From Mytilus trossulus (taxonomy: Eukaryota), in NCBI RefSeq assembly GCF_036588685.1, contig NC_086382.1, positions 56,668,001 to 56,732,000 of the forward strand: 64,000 nt of DNA. Reading direction: 5' to 3'. The translations under genes were made by a program, and so were the position numbers. Below, one piece after another: positions 37,665-51,300 of the stretch. Positions within the stretch are counted from its first letter, which is position 1; every line of letters begins with the position of its first letter. The notes beneath the pieces were generated by a model. It saw only the letters and a list, made by a program, of their open reading frames with translations, searched no databases and was not told the origin of the DNA.

Positions 37665-37992
37665 ATATGACTTTTACTGATGCCTCTGCTGGTAAAATAT
37701 TAGTCCCCGAGGGTATCACCAGCCCATTAGCCAGCATGAAAATACGGATTTTTTGTGTTATTAAAATTTGCTGTTACAAATAGAAATTATTATAAATTAA
37801 GGAATGTATCTCCCTCATGCAAAGCTCTGATCCCTTTCACGGATTTGGCTATACTATTTGGACCTTTTGGATTATAGCTCTTCATCTTTTATATAAGCTT
37901 TGGATTTCAAATATTTTGGCCACGAGCATCACTGAAGAGACATGTATTGTCGAATTGCGTATCTGGTGCAAGAAGATTGGTACCTTTAATTT
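37665..37992 (+). mobile_element. Second retrozyme-like family with a hammerhead variant at 37924-37970
   Basis: gagcatca CTGAAGA gaca tgtat tgtc GAAT tgcgta TC tggtgc. It shares ccccgagggtatcaccagccc and ggtaccttt with family 1. Confidence 0.65.
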
Positions 37993-39809
37993 TATTACTG
38001 ACGTTCAAATATCGTAAATCGTTAAAAATGTGTAAACAAAAGCAAAACATGAAAGCTGAGGAAATCTCAGGAATCCCAAAAGAAGCGACAAGATGAGCGT
38101 TTCCTGCTATATATTCATCGCCCACCATGTGAATTTTCACCCCATCAAAACGTCAAAGTCGTACAAACAACAAAATTAGTCGAATAACAGTTCTATAGAT
38201 TTTCGACCGCAAATAAGATGCAACAAGTGAGTGAGAAACCGATACAGCGATTGGTCAATCAATTAATATTTGTGACCGTAAATTTAGCCAAATGTAGTTT
38301 TACCGATGTTTAAGTTTCGTAAACCGATCAGGAAGAGACGTAGCAAGGTAATAAACAAAAACAAAAAAAGTTATCGCATGAACTCCAAAAGCAGCTGCGA
38401 CATCAAAAGCATCGTCTGTTTTGCATGCATCAACCACAATGTGAATCCAAACTCATGTATGTCGTATAATTTCCAATGCGACAACTCTCCTCAAAGTTTT
38501 GCATTTAAATAATATCATCTAAGGCGTACTAGTATTTGTTTTTAATCAATATTATATCTTACAAAGTCTATCTTAAAGTGAAATCTTAAAAAATACTGAA
38601 CTCCGAGGAAAATTCTAAACGTAAAGTCCCTCATCAAATGCTAAAACAAAAACTCTAACTTATCAAACGAATGGAGAAGAACTTTCATATTCCTGACTTG
38701 TTACAGGCATATTCTTATGTAGAAAATTGTGGATTAAACCTGGTTTATACCTTGCAAATGATTTATGCTAGGAGATCCGCTCATACTGGTATTAGGGTCG
38801 GCTTACACTTGAGCAACGAGTTGAGGGTTTCTTTCGATCCTAGCTCATGTCATCGCTTGGCGTCTGTCGTCGTCCGTCATCTGCCGTCTTTAACTATTTC
38901 AAAAATCTTCTCATCAGAAACTGCTTGGCCAATTACCTTCATACGTTTTGATCCATCGAATAACATTTCAGCCATGACTAAAATATAAAATAGGGGTCAA
39001 ATGCAGTTTTTGGCTTATATTTCAGAAACGAATGCATTTAGAGTTAATCTGACATGGTACAAGATCTATCAGCCCTGAAATCTTTATACAAACCGAACAA
39101 TCAATTGTTGGGTTGCTGCCACTACATTGGTTATTGTTAGGAAATTTTCCAGTTGTTGGTTATTATCTTGAATGTTAATGAAGATAAAGAAAAACTGTAA
39201 ACAGCAAAAATGTGCAGCAAAGTAAGATCTACCAAAATGTTGTAGAACCAAAAGTGTCAATTGATCCCTTAAGAAGTTATTGCTTTTTACGGACAATTTT
39301 ACACACATTGTTTATGTTTTTTAACTTCACAAAATCTTCTTAAACGAAACTAGTAAACAGTTTTTATTTCATTTCCTTGTACGTTTAGAAACAGAGACAC
39401 TAAGGCTGAAATTGAACATATGGATAAAATGCATTTATTTGCTCTTGGAGAAAATATGGCAGATACAATGAACATTTAAATGTCATTTTTAAGAGCAAAA
39501 ACAATCATTGATGAAAGATTTGAATAAAAACCAAACTGGTGAGCGATTTAGGCTCTTGAGAACTACTTGTTCCTTTTTAAACCCTAATGTAGAAAGCATC
39601 ATTGTGAACTTAATATAAATCCTTTGCTTTTTAGGTGTTATTGTTATGTATTTGCTGATTTTGTGTCATAAATGGATACCATATAACCCCCTTGTTTAAT
39701 GTAATACAGTATTTAAAAAGCATTAAGGGTTTAAAATTCAATTACTAAGGTGTACACGAGTAACGTAGTTGAGATATGTAAACGAATCGAAAATAATGTT
39801 ACATTTGAG

Positions 39810-39955
39810 AATTGTAAATTTGAGATTATCGCGTCTTTCAATAATATCTAAAAGTTTGAAGTCCATATTTGTGTCAGAATGGAAAAAAAAGTTCAGATAT
39901 GAAATAGACATGGTAGTATCCTTCATCTCAAGTTCACTTACGTGAGATGTACGTT
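39810..39955 (-). mobile_element. Highly degenerate Penelope-like RT fragment
   Basis: ELEMKDTT..ISYLN...RRDNLKFTI resembles the RT motif ELEIKDTT...SYLDL...KRDDF.F.I. Confidence 0.45.
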
Positions 39956-41422
39956 TAAATGACAAAATATCTGAAAGTGAAATTAAAAATTCGCAACATG
40001 CATTTTGTTAAGTCTTTGACATCGTAGAATGAGACTTATTTCCAAATAACAAAACGAGATATTTTACACCTTGAACATGGTACATGACCTCCATTCCCAT
40101 GTCTAGAATTTTATCTAGCATTTAAGTTGGGTAACTTTGTTCACTTTTAAGTTGCATATTCTAAATTCTTTCGACGACTTTTGTTTGTCATTCCGATGTT
40201 TTTTGTGTCTTTCTTTGACTAAATAATTTGGATATCTCCTACATATACTTTTGTTTCCATCTAATAAAGGAAAATCGTATGGCTCTAGAATATTCATATT
40301 GCGCTTTATTTACAGTTACTGATTGTGCCTTTATTTGACATGTATTGTATGTTTTCTGAGTTTCATTATTTGTTTAGCAAATATTCGCCTCATATATCAA
40401 AGTTACAAAAATTGTTTTTCCAAATTCTTTATATCACATAGTTGTTTGACAGTGAACAATATCGATCCTTATAACAACTACTTTTTAATTTTAATTTGTG
40501 TAAGTTCTAAATTGTAGAAATACGTATATGTAATTCTTGTTAATTATATTGGACACTGTGAGAAAACTGTCAATCTATAATAAAAGGGTTTTTTTCACAC
40601 AAGGTGACGTTAAATGTGTCTAATCTGAAAACATGGTGAAACATTGAAGTTTTTCTGTCACAGGCATAGAAGCTCTCATCAAGTATTTGGAACCATTTTT
40701 TTAGAATTTTTTTTTTGGTTCGGTCTTTGGATTATAAACATATGACATAAGTATTTTTGAAACGTTATATAACCACTAGGTTGATACCACAGTTAGTAAT
40801 TGTATCGTTGCATCAATAATATCACAGCGTTCACTCTGTTTATCGAGAAAAATAATCGTGAAGAATAAGTAACAGTCGACAAACATTGCGATCGAATCGT
40901 GAAAGAACTGGTATCGGATTGTGAAAGCAAATATTTATCCTGCAATTAGCCAACTATTGTACAAATAACAGGTATACAAATAAATGTTTGCTTTGTTTGT
41001 ACTTGTACAAATAAAGTCTCCTGTTACCCAACGTCCTTGTTGAGCAATTGAGAATATGAGTATTTTTGTTTCCTTACTGGTTCATTTTGAAGTTCTCTTC
41101 GCGGTCCGCGTTTCAACTATGTCGATTTCTTTGAGAAATTAATGACAATAATTTATATTTTGATAACTAAATTTTCAAGTTTTGGGAGTAGTTTTTCCGG
41201 ATAAACATAATATATGTACATTGTCGGAAAATATAAATTTTATTTGTACACGCTACGAAACAGGAGAAAAGCTCGACAGAGCCTCGCTTTCCGTCCTGTT
41301 TTTAAAGCTCGTACAAATAAATTTTATATTTTCCGACAACATACATATATTGTATATTTCAACTGCAAAATCTGTGAAAATATCCAGTGTATTATCTACA
41401 GGTGTAAACATTCGTGAATATT

Positions 41423-41781
41423 CTAATTCGGTAGGTCACATTCATGAAAGGAAAGGGGGATTGTAGTTACTACGTAAGGAACATATCCGATATCATTTGT
41501 GAAACAGTTATTCCATAACGGTCAACCAACTGGTGATGGCGTCCGTAAAGTTTACAAAGGGATGATTTCAACTTCACCATTTTGAACTCTTGGTTTAATA
41601 GCTTCCTTGTAAGCAGCAACCCTCTATCAAGAAAATCATGAGAGGCAATGCAAGCACGGGAATATCGTATCAATTGGGAGATATATACCCCGAATGCAGG
41701 ACGGGTGCTGCTGGAATGTTGCTACCTAGAAATTGAAAGTTCACAATTGGAAAGCTGAAATCATCTCTTTTGTCGTAAAGT
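41423..41781 (-). mobile_element. Penelope-like retroelement 3' fragment
   Basis: LIRYSRACIASHDFLDRGLLLTRKLLNQEFKMVKLKSSLCKLYGRHHQLVDRYG; clear nucleotide similarity to 57410-57718. Confidence 0.75.
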
Positions 41782-42373
41782 TAGACAGATAAACTATTGG
41801 TGTAAAACAGAAGACAATAATTCAACAGCAGAATTTGTTTGAAAAGATAAAGGATTTGGTTTTAGAAGAAAGTCCACGAATGTGTATTTTATAGTAAAAT
41901 ATAGACATTTCAGTATACAGTATAAAACACTTTTAATTAACAAAAATATTATAAGACTTTATTATCAAAAAGATTCTCTACGGCTTAAATAATAAAAGAT
42001 TGCTGCTTACAAGGTTGCTATCATATTCCCCTTTAAAGTATTTTTCTAACGGTTAAGCATATCTTTAACTCATTTATTCCTTTACCATAGGGCTACTGGT
42101 AATACTTTATTTTTGTTTCTGAATTTTCAAAGAGTAATATTTAAATGCTTAAATATACTGACTGTATTTTACCTTTTATTAATTAATAATTGCTATAACA
42201 ACACCTATTGTATTTTATTTGTAGGCATAGATTGAATATATTTTTATCAAATGTTGGCATAGGTTGAAGACATCCATTTATTTCATATACTTGTTGGGTC
42301 AAATTAAATAACTTGCATAGAATGAAATTATATTTTGTGTCACACTGAAACACAAGATTTCTGGTTCATTTTA

Positions 42374-45300
42374 TCAATTTCTAAATTGTATTCCTCCAGG
42401 ATAACCATAACCGTCATACTGTTTACTACCGTATACCCATAATCCAAATTTTGTTCCATTCAAATGCTTTATATGGTGGGCCCCATGTTCAATACTTACA
42501 CTTCCGGTGCTGAAATCATCCGATCCATGAGAAATACTATATATGTTAAGTGTTATACGCTTATCATCAAGAATGAATCCACCTATCTCGCTACTCTGCA
42601 CTACAATGCTTATAAAACTGGAAAAGCCCTTTGATGGTACAGCAAAATGATATTCCGGTAAGTATTGATTAACGCCATGAATAGTCATCATGAAAGTATC
42701 AAAAAATCCTGGTAATGTATATTGAGGATAGACAGTTACGATAACGTTATCTGATGACTGTATGTATGAAATTTTCTCGTGTTGAAAGTCTAAATATTCT
42801 CTTGGTCTCAGCAATATGGAAATTGCACTTGACGTATTTTTGAAAGTAATTGAGGTTGCATTAATAGACAACACCCTTACAGTGCTCCATTTATATTTTG
42901 CTATTTCTGGAATGACATATAACGAGTCAAGTTGATCTGTCGGTAGGATCATTTCCATGATTGGGTTACAGTCATAAACCGATGGGGTATTATATGTGTT
43001 AATGCAGTTGCTTCCACTAATAACAAACACAGGTGCAGAAGATGTCACCAAAGTTCCAGTTAAATCGTGTGTATGTGAAAGCTGAAAGGTTTCGTAGGGA
43101 TTTAGTACCATGGTTATGGAAGAATTTAGAGAATATTTTACATTATTTACTGTTATTGGACCCTGATCACTTTGTAACAGAATATGCACTGTTGTATTTG
43201 TGTTTAAAGGAGATACAGCCATAATGCTTCTTGATTTAAAACGACGACCAATATTAATTATATTAAAAGACGGAATAACGTATATAGTAGATTGGTATTT
43301 AGCCGGTATAGCCAAGTATCCTTCACCACCGTACCGAGCGTCATAAAATCCATAAATAGATGCAGTATCATTTGTACATATTAGCGCTCCATGCTGACCA
43401 GCTCCATCAGCTGTTATCCTCACGGTATCACCAAGGGGAAATGCAAAGTTTTTTGGTGTAATCAATACAGTCTTATAATAATTTTGAGAAAATTCCTGGA
43501 CTGTTATTTTGACTGTACTGTTCCCAGCCACAAATAGGTCTGATTCTCGGTTTACAGTATACTCTTGTTGTAAGAAGAACACTTTGAAACAGGAAATGTC
43601 TGTGCCTGAAAAAGTCGACTACTAAAAAAGTTTTTTTTTAATTAAAGAACACTATCATATTGTGTCATTGTTTGAAAGTCAAATATGTGTTTTTACTATA
43701 AAATTGTAAAAACAATACCAAAAGGCGTTTTTGATCTCATATGGGCACAAGCTATCCTTCAAATGAGATAACGTTTTTTCTCAAATGTAATAACAGTAAC
43801 TAAAATGCTATGCAAACTTCATAAAAAGGCAATGTCTTGTTAAAGCACTTCTTGTTAAACGTACACACGGTAGGTATAGTGTCCGGTTGGGATCCTGTTT
43901 TTTTTCAGTGATATGATCGGGTGTTTTCCAGTAATTTAATCGAATATTTTCGAGTGTGATCTCGTTTATTCGACTGAATATGATCAAATGTTAAGCAAAC
44001 AGCACGGATAGTAAGGTCGTCTTACCGAGGAGCGTTTTGTACAGTGATTTCGTTATAGTTTGGTTAAGTTTGTCATGGATAAGTTATGTTACTTCCCAAA
44101 ACTCCCAAAACGATTGCCCCAGTTCTTTTAAAATGGGCAAGTAAAAAGCATATAACATGTCTTTATCTATATTGTAAGTCGAACAATCTTAATTGAAATT
44201 GTTGTTTTAAGAAATTAACGCAGAATAACCAAAATATCATAATTGGTATGGGTTGGTTAAGCGATTGACATGGTTCAGTTAAAAGTCTAGAAATTCGTCA
44301 TGGTTTTGATTACATTTGTCATGGTTTAGATCCAAATAAATACATATTTGTGCCAACTTAATATTGTTAGTTTGTTTGAAGTCCATTGTGAAATATTAAA
44401 GTAACACAATTATCTAATTGACTAAGGAGTATAACACAAACAGTAAGGTTAACGAAAAGCCAGGAATGGAAGATGATAAAACATTTTGTGATTCAATTTT
44501 ATTTTTTTAATCATTTTATGTTGAGTACTACTAGTGCTACCTTTGACATTTGTGCGGCAGGAAAAATTTTCCGGTTCTTCAAATGTACGGAACCAACAGA
44601 ATAATGCTGTTAAGAACTAGAAAGGAAGTTCATAAAAGTGGTTGTCGCCAAAAGTAGGTAGCAACAGTTAGGAAATCTATTTACATCCCATATGCATAGC
44701 TTTCTTGCAATATCAAGCTTACTGGTTGTGTCATATATGTAGAATCAAAATCGTCCATAGATTTTATATCCAGTATATAAAATAGCAAAATATAAATCTT
44801 TTGGGTGTATCCATGGCAACAATCTGCATTTATTTGTTATAAATATTTAAATATTGCAAAAAGGGTGTAAAGATGACACATATTTCCCATAATTTTCCTA
44901 ATACTAGTAGTAGAATTTCAATACCTTTTCTGATTATAGTTATCAAATGTACCAGGATTATAATTTTATACGCCAGACGCGCGTTTCGTCTACATAAGAC
45001 TCATCAATGACGCTCAGATCAAAATAGTTAAAAAGCCAAACAAATACAAAGTTGAAGAGCATTGAGGACCCAAAATTCCAAAAAGTTGTGCCAAATACGG
45101 CTAAGGTAATCTACTCCTGGGGTAAGCTGAATTTGTTTACATCTATCTTTCAATACATCTCATTTTTTTGGTAAAATTGCGTCAATAACTTCGTGTAGAA
45201 AAAAAGTGTTTGTAAACATTACATTATTTTTTTAACCATTGGCTGGTCTAGCTATGAAATTCGGAGAGTCAAACAGAAAATAGCCCATACAACATGTAAA

Positions 45301-48300
45301 ATATAATCTTTATGTTCTTATAAACCATCTGTGAAGGCTAAACTAGTACTCATTTGTCTAAAAAAAAGAATTTCATTACACAATAACTTTCATATTTGAA
45401 AAATCCACCGGGTCGAAAAGGCAAAACAACTCCTAACTGTGTATTGCTAACTCAAACGTTATGCTTAACAGTTACGTGAATAATGACGTTGCAACATTAT
45501 ACTTATGTGTTCCGAACAATGACGTACATAGTCTTGAAAAGTCCTCAGATGAATGAAAGGGCTAGACCATGCTGCTTTTAAAACTCAGTTTGTGTATTTG
45601 ATTTTTAATATGTATTTATATAGATAGAAAGATAGATACAAGTCTAAATTGAAAACAATGTTCAAACCTATGATTGCGTTGGATTAAAATTACAATTTTT
45701 ATATGTGTGCATGTGAAACGAATTCATTGGTAGAGAGGCCTAATACAGCACAAACAACATTTTCCCAAAGACCACAAAAGTGACAAAAACGTTTAACAAA
45801 ACGCATTTGACTAACAGGTCGTACAACTAAAGTTCTTAAATCTTGCTGACTGCCATTGACGACTGCCAAATAAATTGATCAGAAGATGAAACATGGACCT
45901 TATTTTTTTTATTAAATACCAAACATACTTGAATAAACTTGCGGAGAAGATGGAAAACCACAAACATGGGGTGCAAAAATTTGTACAACATATTAGGATT
46001 TCGACAATTTTTATACGTGTGCATGAAAAAAAACGACATTTTGGTAAAGTAGTCTAAAACAGCACAAACGACATTTTCCAAAATCAGGCATGAAGATGGA
46101 GTTGTTACAGATCACCTGGATTATCTATTGTAAAGGATCCTACAAATCAATGTAAGATGCAGTCAAAGAAATAATTTTATTATAAGTACGTCTAAACCAG
46201 TGACGACTCTATAACATATTTCAAGCCATCGAAATCTCCAGCAGTGTTGATGATACATGCATAAGGCTAAAAATACATTCTGTGTTTTTTTATTCATATC
46301 AACATCAACCTACCAATGTTCATTCTGTTAATTTGTTATTATTGACCTTCGCTTAATTACAGTTACAAACTGGAAGAGGTCAGTTATTAAGCCACACGAT
46401 GTCTTCTTTCTTATTTAATTCTACTTTAAAACTAAATACGGATCATTTCGTGAAAAAACACAGATGTTTTAGATGTTGATTAAAACAGATAATACAAAAC
46501 ACTGACTTTAAGTGAACTACAAAGAAATTGTGCGTATTTTTCGATCAGAACATGTAAAGCATATAAATACGATGGGAACTCATATACTCTCGAAAAAGCA
46601 GTGAAATAATCTGCTCGCTTGTAATTTCACTCGAAAAAAACTTGATCTAAACTCGAAAAAAGTGGGCCATTCACTCAAAAAAATTAACATGATCAAAGCT
46701 GGACACTATACATACGTACCCTAGTTCGCCATTTGCAATCCTTGACATCTACGTTGAAAGGTTGCTTAAAATACTGGAAAAGTTCGAGGCAATTGACCGC
46801 AATTATTATAATCATGCTATTATCAGACCAGACATGGATCCTCTGTCACAATTTTACTCCAAATACTGTCTTAACGCAGTTTTTTTTACAATAGGTATCA
46901 TATCAGGTTTACAAAGTAATTTCTTATTACAATAGGATTATACTTAGCAGTCCGACTTACTGTCTTCAGTAGGCCATGTAGGAAATTAAATTTCCCTAGA
47001 ATTTCGTCATTTTGCATAAAATAAAAATATCGCATGGCGTTTCTCTTTCGTTATATTCTATTTGCGTCATAGAACAAGAGCAGCAAGAATATATTAAAAA
47101 TAAGAAATAAGAGGAATCTATTACGTAATATAAATGGGAGTCAAAAGCGCTAAACGCATTTAAAGGCGTGTATTACTAAATAAACATTTGGGATTTAGTA
47201 TCAATCTATGGTTATCTCCTTTTTCCGATAACTTCAACAAACCGGGTATTCAATATCGGACTTGTTGAACACGTAAGTTTTTTGAGTAAACTGAAATATA
47301 TTTTTCAATCGTCTTTTTAGAATTGAAAATTGATTTTTTTCATTTTTTATTTCCTCTTTTTCTGCGACGTTTAAATTTTAATTTTATATCCTTGCATACA
47401 TGATTTTATTTTCTTTATATATACTGTAAACCAACTAATTTTCGCGGATACTTTATTTCGCGTTTTACCCTTGCTTGACCACTTCGCGGCTATTTAATTT
47501 CGCGATTATCTGATATACTTGATGAAGTTTGTTGAGGAAAGATCAAATATTGACATATTCGCGACGATTTATATTCGCGTTATTTTTCTACTCGCGAAAG
47601 TCGCGAAAATAAATCGCTCGCGAAAATAAGTTGGTTTACATTATATATATATATAAACACCTCCCGAAACGAAAGCTTATTTTTTATAAGCTAGAGTTAG
47701 AGGAGGGAATAAGGTCTTTATAAATGATAGGCGGTGTTGTCGTAGAAGTTAGAAAAAAAGGACAGGTTCCAGCCCCGGAGCACGAGGGGAAGTTACGAAT
47801 CAAATCTACTCTAACATCGTTAGGTTGACTGTATATACAAAATTATACAGTGATTGTATGCTTTTAAAAATAGATAAGCATCCTGCAATTATACTAAAGA
47901 TGAGTAGATGATAATTTCTGTACACTAAAAATAAATACTTCGTGTATTGTATCAGAGATCCTTGTTTAATTCCTACACGCAGGTAATACTATTTTTAATA
48001 AGCTAGAGATAGAGGAGGGGATAAGGTCTCTGCACAATGCTAGGCGGTGTTGTCGTAGAAGTTAGAAAAAAAAGTACAGGTTCCAGCCCCGGCGCCAGGA
48101 AGGAAGTTACGAATCAAATCTAGTCTAATATCGTTAGATTGATTTTCTAGGGACTTTATATATTTATAAACCGAATAAACCGAATTCACCAAAAAAATTA
48201 TGAAAATCATTGTATAAAAGTGTGATATGTATTTAAATAAAAAATAAGATTGTTTTTATGGGATTATTGATTACGCGCGGTTTCGGTACTCTTTCATACC

Positions 48301-51300
48301 CAATTAATGATGCTTTACATTCGATTAAAAGATGATATACCTTTATTTTCACAGCGAGTCCCATGATATCCATGCACACATATACATCTGTAACCACTTT
48401 GTACATTTTGACATGTTCCTCCATTCAAACAATAACACTTAACTGGAATTACTGTAAGTTCGTCATTATAATATAATTATGCATTTAATTCGTATGATCG
48501 ATTTTGATAAAATGCTAGTTTTTTAGTTATGGATAAAATAAGTGGTTAATTCTAAATAAATCTCATAGGATTGTGTGTCACCTTTTGTGTGTTCTTTCAC
48601 GTTGTTTACAGTAATATTAAGGAAGTTGAATCAATTTGAAAGACTTATTTCTTTTTTCTGTACCACCGTTGGAAAAAACAGCAGCTTTTTCATAGATTTT
48701 GAAGTAAAAATTACACTAAATTGTACTCACGAACCAACACGATATATAACGATCCATCCGCAGTGTCTGACCACCGTTAGATTTTCTTGCATGATCGTTT
48801 TCCCCATGATTTGGACATTTATTCGAAAATAATATTGTAGGTATTATAGGATTTTTTGTATGTCCCATATCAAAAAGGTTACCTAGTCGGATTATTCACA
48901 GATTTTACCAATTACCTACCATTAGGCTGTGTTTGTAAAGGATAGCTCCTTGTTGTAAGTGACGGTATTGGTGTTCCTATCATCTGATAATCATTGTTAC
49001 ACAAATTTGCATCACAACATAATAAATGGCTCATTGATCTCTTTTCACTTTCTTCTCGTCGTCCAATTATAGGCAATGAAATATATTGCGAATCACATAC
49101 CTATAAATTCAAAATAGCATCTTTACTTGCCAGTTGCTATGCTGACATTAAAGGTACAATTTTACTGCACCGGATGCGCATTTTGGATAAATTATTTTCT
49201 TTTCAGTATTGCTGGATAACAAAATATCAAAACATCCAAAACAAAAAACAAAAAGGGACACAAACATTTAGAGATGACTGGATAAGAAATCAGAACTTTG
49301 CAAGAGGTAGATCATTATTCCCTCATGCCTATTGTATATTTTCTGACTGTATGCTGTAATACGAGGTTTCGGGTGGGTTTTTTGTAGTCTTGCTCAGTCT
49401 ATAGATTTTTTGTTGTGTTTTGTGTACTAGTGTTTGTCTTTTGGTACGTTTTCGGTTTTTGTCATGGCATTGTCAGTATGTTTTTTACTTTTTAAGTTTT
49501 TGTATTATTAGTATGTTTAGCAAACGAGTGGCTGATTTGTCCATATTTTTTTGGCTGCAGTGGTTGTTTGTTACGAATCAGAAACTTTTACAAAAAAAAT
49601 GAAAAATAACGAATACCGAAGTCCATAATCAAGGACAAAATCAAAAGCTGAAAGACATCAAACAAATTGACAAAAATGGTCAATTCCTTACATGGAACAA
49701 ACATTTTCTTGTTTATAAACTGGGGGATTAAACATGATCTTATAGCTAGCTTAACCTCTCACATAAATTTATGACATTCGCATACAATTCGATTATATTG
49801 TTTGATTATAAAACAAACAGACATAATAGGTAAAAATGTCAAAAAAAGGGGTCCAATTGTCAACATTGTTTTATAATATTAATCACTATACAAACAAACA
49901 AGTGAGAGAAAATTCAAACCGATATTCCCGATAGCTTGCCACTTTGAAAACATTACCCAGTAGCATGTAAACAAACTTATTATCAAATTATTGCAATGTA
50001 AAATAGGACACAGTATGTCCCGTTTTGGTCATATAGCTCTTTGTTTTCTTCCATGGGTTTTAAAAGTTATGGTTTCAGCGTTTCTTATGAAGAATATTCA
50101 AGAAAAGGCTTTTAGGTTTCTTCAGACAGATTTGTAGACAAAGTTTAGAATACTTTATGTTACCGAAACGTTATCTCGTGTTTCCTAAACTACGAGAAAT
50201 TATAACTGATGGTACGGATTGGCATACGGTCGTCGCAATGTATTGAAGTTTGCACTTTGTCATCCCTTGTTTTCAATTTGGTACATGTAGATACCGCATT
50301 GTAAACTCCACAACATCTGTTTACAATTGATTTTTTTTTAATTCTAATGGACTTTGATAATATACTTACATGCTTTTCTTTACAGCCACTGTGATAAAAG
50401 TGCTCTCCAAAATGAATCTTTTCTTCTGTATAGCAAATCTATTCGAAGAATACAAGTTTAATTCTGCTTTTGAAACTCCTCTGATTAAGTTAATATGGCA
50501 ACATTTGTCTGTCATATTGCAAAAGTAATTGTATTGTCTATCAAAAATCGATCAACTTTGCCATCCCTTACTGACCTTGCTAGTTGTCTTATCCTGATTT
50601 AACTCTCCTTTTATACGTTTTTTGTAACTAAGAGCAATTTAATGTAATTTATCTTTTTAAACAATCCACAATTTATCAGTACTATTTTAACCTTTTTAAT
50701 AACCATTATTATTCAATGAATTGCTGCTATATTCAAGGTTTGGAATATAAATCCTGCTTTTAATAGAATACAATCTCAGATTACAGATTGCGGCCGCATT
50801 TCTTTCTAACCAAAATATTGTAAACGTTGTGTTGCGTTTGTTTTTGTTTTCTAACGCTAAAAACGTAGAAACAAATACATTGTTTAATAAGTCTTTACTG
50901 ACACTGTTTGAACTTTCAAAAATGCATGCACATGTTGTTGGTAAACAGATATTTTACAAACGTAGAAACAAAAACTTCGCTTTATCAGGTTGAAGTTAGA
51001 AACAAATGTAGCATTTGAACTAACAAACGACAAACGACAAACTGCAGAAGCATTTCGTGCGTGTGCATAGTTTGTCATAGTTTATGTTAACTTTGCAAAG
51101 GTATGTTTGAAAGAAATGTACAAACCATGTGCGCGCTACGTCGTTTGCATCGTTCGGGTTAAAAAGAAATGCAATTTGCATCATTAAAACTGTCGTGAAC
51201 GTTGTTATCGTCGGCCTCGCTTGCCTTGAAACTCTTATAAACCATACACTATTATACATTTTGTATTACCATTTTACATTTTGTATTACCATAATACATT

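Noticed and set aside
46720-46773. Possible extra 54-nt exon of the large gene (ttccag...gtacgt on the minus strand)
   Set aside because: It is open in phase 0, but the flanking exons require phase 1, which hits TAA immediately.
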